64,000 nt of DNA from an uncultured bacterium (GTDB lineage Bacteria > Zhuqueibacterota > QNDG01 > DTFT01): the NCBI GenBank assembly GCA_963736115.1, contig CAVTNR010000019.1, forward strand, positions 14,914 to 78,913, given 5' to 3'. The notes beneath the pieces are model-generated. The model was not told where the DNA came from. It saw only the letters and a program-made list of their open reading frames with translations, and did no database searches. A program made the position numbers and the translations under genes. Positions 47,255 to 55,490 of this stretch are shown here, one piece after another. Each line of letters opens with the position of its first letter. The stretch's first letter is position 1.

Positions 47255-50200
47255 TCACCGGTTCACCGCCCACAGGAGTTCCACCTTCCACGAGCCATCC
47301 GCCTGTCTTTCCCGCATCGCCTTGCGGGGGTAACCCGTGGCCGTGTATCCGTTCATGGTGAAATTCAGGCTGTAGCTCCACCAGAAGGGCACGGGGATAT
47401 CCAGATGATCGCCGGTATAATGGGCGCACGCCCACTGGCGGCCGTGCCTCCATTCGATCCGGTACGGATCTTCCACCTTCACTTCGTTTTTAATCTGCAC
47501 GCCCACGTCCCAGACCAGGTCCTCGGCGGGCGTAATCTCCGGACTGTAGTGGTACTGGATGAACACGTCGCCGAGCGTTTCGATTCCCCTCTTTCGGAGG
47601 TAGGATTCGAGCCTGCGGATCGCCTCGTCCTCTCCTTTCCAGTCCCCCTTGCAGGGGAGGATCAGTTCAAGACATTCCTTATCGGAACGGAAGAACACCT
47701 CGACTGGCGGGTACGGATCTTTCATGCGCTCCACGGGCAGTTCCGCCACGAGGCGTTCCGGTTCGCGGTTCATTTCCGGAATACCGCCGGTCCAGATCAG
47801 AACCTGCGGATGCAGGATGCGGTACTGGTTGTGGTAGGCCCATGCCGCCATTTGCATTGAGAACGTCTTCTGATCGAACCCTTTCCGGTACTGGATGCGG
47901 ACCACGTTCCGGACGGGAACCCGTTCGCACTTGAACGGCGGCTTTACGGCTGCGCTGTCCGCGACGGGAAAGCCCGCTTCCCACTGCAGCTCAGTCTGGT
48001 TCACCGTCTCAACGCTGTAATACTGCCGGGTAAACGGCGTTCCGGCCGGCTGGATGCCGAGAGCCTTCAGGGTATTCAACAGCTTCTCGAACACCACCGG
48101 ATGCTGGGCCAGGGATCCGCTGACCGGGAGGAGGACCGCCCAGTAGGGATTCGTCGATTCGACCCGGAAGAGAGGTTTTGAGTCGTCCGTGGCCGAAAAG
48201 CCGGAGAAAAATCCGGAAAGCCTTTCCTTCCAGCCGGGCGCGGAATCGGTAGCCTCCGCATTCCCCGTGCTGGAAACAAACGAGCCGGCCACGTCGGAAT
48301 TGACGATCAGCGCCTCCGTGAATCCGCATTGCACCGCTTGCTTTTTCAGAAGTTCGGCCTCCGCAAGGGTCCGGCAGTCCCCGATACGGATCATGCGGTT
48401 CGGCGGTTCGAATATCAGGTAAACCGGCGTTTTCAATTTCGACATCGCATCGTCCCATGTCTTCCGTGCGATTTTTTCTTCGGTCGTGGAGACGAGCTGG
48501 ACGCGGTATCCCCGGAGCGCCGTGGTGCGGTTGTCAGGACCGGTGGACTCTTCAGAGAATCGGTTTCTGCCGGACGGTGTCCCGGAAGAATAGTCGGCCG
48601 GAAATCGTCTGCCCCGCGCGGCCACTGCTTCTCCGTACGCCTGCATGCCTTCGGCGAATTCCCCGACTGAAACCACAGGCATGAACCATTCGGTTTTGCG
48701 TATCCGGCCTGCGTTCCGGCGAGGGCCGTCCTCCCAGGCCTGGCCGACCGGACCGGCGATCAGAAAACCGCTCATTAACGTCCGGGTGATAAAGGCCGCG
48801 GCCGGGAATTCCTGATCCGGCGGATACTTGAAATCCACGGCAGCGATGGTGTCCTTCTCGAAATACCGGAGGACAAACGGCGGATCCACTCGGAGATCCG
48901 TTCCCGGTGGATTCAGTTCGCATGCGATTTCCCACTGCAGTTGGTCGGGAGTCACCTCGGACGGATTGCTGTAAAAGAGCCGGAACCACCGGTTCGTCGC
49001 CGGAAGTCCCTTCTCGCGGATGATCCGCTTCATCCGTGACCGCGCGTCGTCCAACCGGGAAAGCGGACCGGTCACCGGTAGAGTCAGGGCCAGGACGGCC
49101 TCGGTTTCCCGGAATTGAACGTCCAGTCCCGGGTAACCTTCACCCGGCCTGAATGCCTGAATCCGCATCTCAGTGTTCTGCCAGAAAGGTTTCGACCCGT
49201 CCCAGTTACGAAACACTTCCACTGCGGGCGGGAAGGCGGGAACCAGGCCCTCGGCCTGAACTGCTTCCACGAAGGCTTTCCAGGTTCCAACCGTGGTCAG
49301 CATCCCCTGAACATCCGTCACGGCCTCCCGGAGTTCTGGGATGCGGGCGATTTCGAGCGGCGGTTTCGCTTCGGCGTCCGGGGATACCGGGACTCCCACT
49401 TCCCATATGCTCCGCTCGTCCGGCACTTGCTGGCCGTCCGTCCATACGCGGAAGAAGAAGTCCCCGCGGGGCTTGAGGCCCTGCTTCTGCATGCGTTCCT
49501 TCAATTCCGTCAGAGCCCCTTCGAGCTGGGCATTGATGCGTCCGAAGCGGGTCAGCAGGACCACCGTCCGCGGCTCCGTGGTCTCCAGCCGAATGCGGAA
49601 GTCCGCGGGTTCGGCCTGGCCGCCTTCCGTGACGTTCAGAACGACGGGCCCCTCGGTGCTGAATTGAATGGTTCGGACCGGATCGTCCGGCAGGAGGGAC
49701 ACGGAGCGGGGCGACATGGGCAGGAACGCGGCCGCGACGAAGAGACTCGCGCCGGCGGACGCCGCTGGAATCCACCGGCGCCGCTTCCAGACATCCTTCT
49801 CCAGCCATTTCAGCCGCGACACCAGCCGGAACGGCTCCTCGAACACGCCGAGCAGGCCGAGTCCGGGTTCGACGTTCTCGGTCAGGAGGTCCTTGGCGGT
49901 ATTCAGCAGGGTGTCGCGGTATCCGCGGGTTTTTTCGCGCAGGACGCCGGCCACGCTGAGGTCGCAGCAGATTTCACGAACGTGCTTCATCTGGCGGCGC
50001 GCCCAGATCAGCAGGGGATTGAACCAGTAGACCACATGGAGCACCAGGTACAGGCCGTGCATCCACAGGTCGCCCCGCTTGAGATGGCTGAGCTCGTGCA
50101 GGAGCACATGACGGGCCTCGTCACGCGACAGATTTTTCAGATAGCCCGATGGGAGCAGCAGCACGGGCCTGAACATACCGTACACGGCGGGTGTGGCCGC

Positions 50201-50794
50201 GTCCGGAGCGAATACGATGGCCGGGACGCGGCCCAGCCGCAGGGTTTTTGCGGTTTCGACCAGCATCCGGTAAAACCAGTCCGGAACACGGTCGTCGCGG
50301 TGCAGGCGGTGCCAGCGTCTCAGGCGCGCCATTTTCAGAATCAGCAGGAAGGCGAACATGGCCATACCGCCGATCCAGACGAGAAAAACCATGGTTTTCG
50401 CGGTCAGGCCCGCGGCCGCGCTGTCCCCGGCCGGGACCGATGACGTTCCGAACACGCCGGAGAGCGGCATCCGGTCCGGGCGTCGTGCGGTTTCCGGTTC
50501 CAGCCGTACGGATGAAGCGGCAGGTACGAGCTTTTCAACCGCGGTTCCGGTCACCGCGGACCGGAGCTCCGGTTCGACGCGGGAGAATACGCTGAATGGA
50601 GAGGCCAGGGTCGGGGGCAGGAGCAGTTTCAGGAGCACCAGCAGCCACACCGCGTACCGCACCTGCGGCCACACCCAGCGCCGGCCGGCCCAGTCCAGAA
50701 CTCCGATCAGAACAATGAGCAGGCTGACCTGCCAGAACATCGGCGCCATCCAGGCCCACCAGATTCCGGCCCAGTTATTGAGTGTCGCGGCCAT
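47255..50794 (-). CDS. BlaR1/MecR1-family M56 metalloprotease signal transducer with a non-canonical ectodomain of about 815 aa (4 GyrI-like modules + SPOR-like domain)
   Basis: HELSH zinc motif at aa 233-237 inside a polytopic N-terminal region. Last TM about aa 343-360. Four internally repeated modules each contain an F-x-x-x-Y...P-x-x-L-x-WE/D-x-G-x-P/Q-V/I block. SPOR-like segment at about aa 760-833. The start overlaps the blaI-like gene by 20 nt. Confidence 0.8.
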   Translation of the reverse strand: MAATLNNWAGIWWAWMAPMFWQVSLLIVLIGVLDWAGRRWVWPQVRYAVWLLVLLKLLLPPTLASPFSVFSRVEPELRSAVTGTAVEKLVPAASSVRLEPETARRPDRMPLSGVFGTSSVPAGDSAAAGLTAKTMVFLVWIGGMAMFAFLLILKMARLRRWHRLHRDDRVPDWFYRMLVETAKTLRLGRVPAIVFAPDAATPAVYGMFRPVLLLPSGYLKNLSRDEARHVLLHELSHLKRGDLWMHGLYLVLHVVYWFNPLLIWARRQMKHVREICCDLSVAGVLREKTRGYRDTLLNTAKDLLTENVEPGLGLLGVFEEPFRLVSRLKWLEKDVWKRRRWIPAASAGASLFVAAAFLPMSPRSVSLLPDDPVRTIQFSTEGPVVLNVTEGGQAEPADFRIRLETTEPRTVVLLTRFGRINAQLEGALTELKERMQKQGLKPRGDFFFRVWTDGQQVPDERSIWEVGVPVSPDAEAKPPLEIARIPELREAVTDVQGMLTTVGTWKAFVEAVQAEGLVPAFPPAVEVFRNWDGSKPFWQNTEMRIQAFRPGEGYPGLDVQFRETEAVLALTLPVTGPLSRLDDARSRMKRIIREKGLPATNRWFRLFYSNPSEVTPDQLQWEIACELNPPGTDLRVDPPFVLRYFEKDTIAAVDFKYPPDQEFPAAAFITRTLMSGFLIAGPVGQAWEDGPRRNAGRIRKTEWFMPVVSVGEFAEGMQAYGEAVAARGRRFPADYSSGTPSGRNRFSEESTGPDNRTTALRGYRVQLVSTTEEKIARKTWDDAMSKLKTPVYLIFEPPNRMIRIGDCRTLAEAELLKKQAVQCGFTEALIVNSDVAGSFVSSTGNAEATDSAPGWKERLSGFFSGFSATDDSKPLFRVESTNPYWAVLLPVSGSLAQHPVVFEKLLNTLKALGIQPAGTPFTRQYYSVETVNQTELQWEAGFPVADSAAVKPPFKCERVPVRNVVRIQYRKGFDQKTFSMQMAAWAYHNQYRILHPQVLIWTGGIPEMNREPERLVAELPVERMKDPYPPVEVFFRSDKECLELILPCKGDWKGEDEAIRRLESYLRKRGIETLGDVFIQYHYSPEITPAEDLVWDVGVQIKNEVKVEDPYRIEWRHGRQWACAHYTGDHLDIPVPFWWSYSLNFTMNGYTATGYPRKAMRERQADGSWKVELLWAVNR

Positions 50795-51167
50795 CCGATT
50801 CTCCTTTCTTGTCCGCGTCGCGGAGCATGCGGATCAATTCTTTGCGCTCCCGGTCGGACAGCCTGCGGTCTTCGATGAGAAAACTCATCAGCGGCGCCAC
50901 GGCCCCGTCCAGCATGCGGTCGACGACGTTCTGAAGCGCGCTTCTGCGCGTGATCTGCTGATCCACCAGTGGCGTGTAGAAGCTGGTGTTCCCGCGCTTG
51001 GTTTCTGCCACGGCTTTCTTCACGGCCAGGCGGGTCAGCATGGTCTTGACCGTGGTGTACGCCCAGCGGACGTTCCCGTCCAGGGAATCGATGATCTCCC
51101 TGGCCGTGGCCGGATTCTTCTTCCACAGGGCGTTCATGATCTGCCATTCGGCTTCGGACAGTTTCAT
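50775..51167 (-). CDS. BlaI/MecI/CopY-family winged-helix transcriptional repressor
   Basis: MKLSEAEWQIMNALWKKNPATAREIIDSL ... WAYTTVKTMLTRLAVKKAV ... C-terminal dimerisation helices. 130 aa. Confidence 0.88.
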   Translation of the reverse strand: MKLSEAEWQIMNALWKKNPATAREIIDSLDGNVRWAYTTVKTMLTRLAVKKAVAETKRGNTSFYTPLVDQQITRRSALQNVVDRMLDGAVAPLMSFLIEDRRLSDRERKELIRMLRDADKKGESDGRDTQ

Positions 51168-51186
51168 AGGGGCTCTCCTTGTTTTC

Positions 51187-51247
51187 TACAACCGTAAAAA
51201 ATATACTACATCCGTAGAAGATTGTCAAGCGATATTTTACATTTGTA
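51187..51247. promoter_or_regulatory. Three BlaI/CopY-type operator boxes (TACA-N2-(T/C)GTA)
   Basis: TACAacCGTA (51187-51196), TACAtcCGTA (51207-51216), TACAttTGTA (51238-51247). Each box is embedded in tTCTACA...GTAGAAg-like extended dyads. Confidence 0.55.
51200..51228 (-). promoter_or_regulatory. Consensus sigma70-like promoter of the blaI-blaR1-like operon
   Basis: The minus strand reads TTGACA, 17 nt, TATATT. Operator box 2 lies in the spacer, box 1 just downstream of -10, and box 3 upstream of -35. Confidence 0.55.
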
Positions 51248-51260
51248 GAAGATCGCCCCG

Positions 51261-51317
51261 GACCCCGGGGCCGCAGGTCGCACAAGCAACCCCGGGGTTG
51301 ACCCCGGGGTCGGAATT
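51261..51317. repeat. GACCCCGGGGT palindrome repeats, copy 3 (one single + one doublet)
   Basis: GACCCCGGGGcc ... AACCCCGGGGTtgACCCCGGGGTCGGAAT. Confidence 0.6.
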
Positions 51318-51332
51318 CCGTATTTTATCCGC

Positions 51333-52151
51333 ATGAACGCAGTTCATGAAATCACATGCAAATCGCTCCTGAACAAGTCCGGCATTCCGGGAATCGACTA
51401 TTCGGTCAATCCGTACACGGGTTGCCTGCACGCCTGCTCCTATTGCTATGCCCGGTTCATGGCCAGGCACACGGCGCACGGGATGGAATGGGGGACTTTC
51501 TGCGATCCCAAAATCAACGCGGCCGCCGTGCTCGAAAAGGAAATCCGCAAACGGCCGCCCGGACTGGTTTCCCTGTCCACGGTCACGGATCCCTATCAGG
51601 CCGCTGAAGAAAAGTACGGCTTGACGCGTGAAATCCTCGTCCGGCTTGCGGATTCCGATTTTACGGTTTCCATACTTACGAAATCCGGACGGGTGCTCCG
51701 CGACCTCGACATCCTGAAACGATTCGGGAAGGGCCGGATCGAAGCGGGTTTCAGCATCAATACCGCGGACGAGGCTGTGCGTCAGGCTTTTGAGCCGGGC
51801 GCACCGCCGGTTTCCGATCGCCTTGAGGCGCTCTCCGTACTGCATGATGCCGGCATTGCCACCTGGGTGTTCATCGCTCCGGTTCTACCCGGATTGACGC
51901 TCCGTTCCATCGAAGTCCTCCTGCCGGTTCTGGAGAAACATGCGGACCGTGTGCTGATTGACGGGCTCAATGTCAAAGCCGGGAACTGGAACGGAATCGT
52001 GCTGGCCGCGGGGCGGTTGGACCCCGCGCTCGCCGCCGTATGGAAAGACCCGCATTCCGCGGAGGCCGGAAGACGGAAAGGACTGGATGGCATCGCCGGG
52101 ATGCTTTCAGACCGGTTGGGCCGGGATGTCGTATCATCGGTTGGAGAGTAA
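51333..52151 (+). CDS. Radical SAM protein (SPL/Rv2578c-like subgroup)
   Basis: NPYTGCLHACSYCYARF contains the CxxxCxxC cluster motif. About 270 aa, TIM-barrel-like length. Confidence 0.8.
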   Translation: MNAVHEITCKSLLNKSGIPGIDYSVNPYTGCLHACSYCYARFMARHTAHGMEWGTFCDPKINAAAVLEKEIRKRPPGLVSLSTVTDPYQAAEEKYGLTREILVRLADSDFTVSILTKSGRVLRDLDILKRFGKGRIEAGFSINTADEAVRQAFEPGAPPVSDRLEALSVLHDAGIATWVFIAPVLPGLTLRSIEVLLPVLEKHADRVLIDGLNVKAGNWNGIVLAAGRLDPALAAVWKDPHSAEAGRRKGLDGIAGMLSDRLGRDVVSSVGE

Positions 52152-52503
52152 GAAGGAGTCGGGTGGACCGGGATCGGTTGACGGCGTGTTGTGGGTCAGA
52201 CCGCCTTTGATGATTCCTGAGCAGCAGAACGCGGGATTGCATGACGATCTCAGAACCGAAGGTCCGGAGGCGGGATTTTGGGAATTTGCGCAAATTGGTT
52301 AAAGAATTGCAATTTTTGGCTTTCTTTTCTGGTTCCTGTGTTTTATTTTAAAACCGAATCAATCATTCCTCATTCCCGGTGACTCATTGTAACTCATTTT
52401 CTCTGCACAGGATTTCAAAGCAGAGAATAGTAATTTGTTGTTATATTTGATAGCGTTTAAGTAATCCATTACTTTGGCGTTTAATTTCTACAAGGAGGCA
52501 GTC

Positions 52504-55466
52504 ATGCGGGCGCAAGGATTTTTGGATCGTCTCCAATGGAGCGGTCTGTGCCTGGTTTTTGCCGCGACCATGGCATTCGCAGGCAACACGGGAAAGATCT
52601 CCGGTGTTGTTTCGGATGCCGGCGGTCGCACCGGGCTTCCCGGAGCAAACGTCATTATTGAAGGCACCGCGATCGGGGCCGTGGCCGACCTGGATGGTCG
52701 TTTCGCCATTCTGAACGTCCCGCCCGGCATCTACCGGGTCAAGGCCAGCATGATCGGTTATCGGACGATGATCGTCCAGAATGTCCGCGTCTCCGCCGAT
52801 CTCACTACCGCGCTCGACGCAGCGCTTCAACCCACCACTCTCGAGTCAGGCGAGACTGTGACCATCACGGCCGAGAGGCCGCTGATCCAGATGGACAAGA
52901 CCTCGTCGCTCGTCTCCGTGAGCAGCGAAGAGATCAGGAACCTCCCGGTTCAGAGCATGAACGATGTTCTGGAACTGCAGGCCGGAGTCGTGCGGAGCGG
53001 AAACGATTTCCATATCCGCGGCGGCCGGGCAGGGAGGTGTCCTACTGGGTGGACGGCGTCGCCACCAACGAAGTGTACGGCGGCGGAAACGCCGTCACGG
53101 TCGAGCGGTCGGCGGTTCAGGAGATGCAGGTGGTCAGCGGCACGTTCAATGCCGAATACGGCAACGCCATGTCGGGCATCGTCAACCTGATCACCAAGGA
53201 GGGCGGTCCGAAATGGGAGGGACAGCTGAACGTCTATACCGGCGATTATCTGAGCGACGACAAGGTGTATTCCGTGCTGAAGGGGGTCGGGACGCGATGG
53301 GACGCGGCGGAACAGAAAACGACGGCTGTGGAGCGTCTCGAAAATCCGCTTCGGAATTTCAACCCGACGATGAACGCCGAACTCAACCTGAGCGGACCGG
53401 TTCCCCTCACCAACCGGAAACTCTCACTGCTCGTGAACGGACGCTTTTTTTCGCAGGAGGGATACCTCTACGGACGGCGATGGTACTACCCCCAGGGGAT
53501 CCGCGGCGACAGCGCGCTGGTCCCGCTGAGTCCGTACGAATCCTCCTCCGGCATGGGAAAGCTGAGCTACCGGTTGAGTTCCGGAATCAAGGCCAGTTAC
53601 AGTTTGTTTCTCAACCGAAGCCGTTCGGAACACTACTACAATCACGCCTTCAAATACAATCCGGACGGGACCGCCGGCGGGAGGGGCTGGGGGAACACCC
53701 ACCTGTTTTCCTGGAACCATGTGCTGTCATCCAAAACCTTCTACGAGGCCCGTGTTTCCCGCGTGCAGAGCAGTTATCGCAACTACCTCTACGAAAACGC
53801 GACCCTGTCGCCGACGTACCGCATCTATGTGATCGGCAATGAAACCCAGCCGGCGCAGATTCTGCCCTATGATCTCAATTCGGCCGCCGCGGACTCGGCG
53901 CTCGAGGCCCTGGCAATTGAGGGAAGGTCGTTCACCTACGTTCCTGATGCCGGGACCCGCGACGGGTATGTACACCCCGATTCGCTGAGGGATCCCGCGT
54001 CCTACAGCTTCTGGCGCGCGGGCACTCAGGGAGGCCGGTCGAATCGGACCACGTCTTACTGGATCGCCAAAATCGATCTGACCAGTCAGCTCAATCCCAT
54101 CCATCAGTTCAAAGCCGGTTTGGAAGCGCGGCTGCACGAGCTGAAATATGACAATTACACGCTGCAGCCGGCCCGGAAGGAGGGCAAGGACGAACCCATC
54201 GTGCCCTATCAGCCCTGGGTGCCGCCGTCATCCAACATCTATCACGATCTTTACACCCGCCGGCCGCGCGAGTTCTCGGCCTACATCCAGGACAAGATCG
54301 AGCTGAAGGACATGATCGTGAACATCGGACTGCGGTTCGACTACTTCGACGCCAACGCCTCGATGCCGGTCGATCCGCGGGATCCCAGCATCTATTCGCC
54401 GTTTCAGGATCAGTTCCTGTACGTCAATCCCGCCGCTGATTCACTCGTGGAATATACCCCCGACCAGCGACGGGCCTTCATGCAGGAAAAGGTGGGCGGT
54501 AAAACCCATTTGTCTCCCAGGCTCGGGGTCGCCTACCCGATCACGGACCGCGGCGTGGTCCATTTTTCCTACGGGCACTTCTTCCAGATCCCCGAATTCC
54601 AATACCTGTACGCGAATCCCGACTTCAAGCTGATCGTCGGCGGCGGGCGGAACATACTCGGCAACGCCGCGCTGAATCCCCAGAGGACCGTGGAGTATGA
54701 AATCGGATTTCAGCAGCAGCTGTCCGACCAGGTCGCCGTCGACATGACTCTTTTCTACAAGGACATCCGGGACTGGGTGGGCACGGGTCCCGTGATTGAG
54801 ACGCTGAAACCCAGCGTATCCTACGCGTTGTACGAGAACAAGGATTATGCGAACGTGTACGGTCTGACGCTGAACCTGGACAGGCGGTTCCAGGGCCATT
54901 TCGGGGCCGGACTCGCGTACGCCTTCCAGATCGCGGAGGGGACCTATTCCAATCCCACCGACGCCTTCAACGCCCTTCAGAACCTGCAGGAACCCCGGCT
55001 GGCGATGATCCCCCTGAACTGGGACCAGCGTCACACGCTCACCGGCATGGGGACGACCGGATTCGCGGGCTGGATCGCCACCCTCCAGTACAAACTGAGG
55101 TCGGGGCGTCCCTACACGCCGTCGTACGCGAGCGGATCGTTGGTCGGAGAGTCCACTTACAGCGGGCTCCGGGACAACAGCGGCCGCCTTCCGAACACCA
55201 GTCAGTTTGACCTGATGCTCCACAAGCGGTTCAGCGTCGGAACCGCGAACGTCGGATTCCTGGTCACCGTGTACAATCTATTCGACCAGAAGGGCGAAAC
55301 CTACGTCTACACCGAGACCGGTTCGGCCCGTTACAGCGCCAATATCGATCCGCAGACCATTCCGTACGACGCAGCGCGGGTGGGAACGGTGGAGGATTAC
55401 CTGCGCCAGCCGACCTGGTTCATCCCGCCGAGGCATATCCAGGCCGGTTTCACGGTTGAATTCTAA
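52504..55466 (+). pseudogene. TonB-dependent receptor with N-terminal carboxypeptidase-regulatory-like domain; one -1 frameshift
   Basis: ATG 52504 after AAGGAGG. Signal peptide. CarbopepD_reg-like GKISGVVSDAGG ... GIYRVKASMIGY. The plug ...NDFHIRGGRAG continues in another frame as EVSYWVDGVATNEVYGG. The junction is at GGG run 53032-53034 (one G apparently missing). The barrel ends ...IQAGFTVEF. Confidence 0.85.
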
Positions 55467-55490
55467 TCGTCCGCGGAGAAGGAGTACGAC

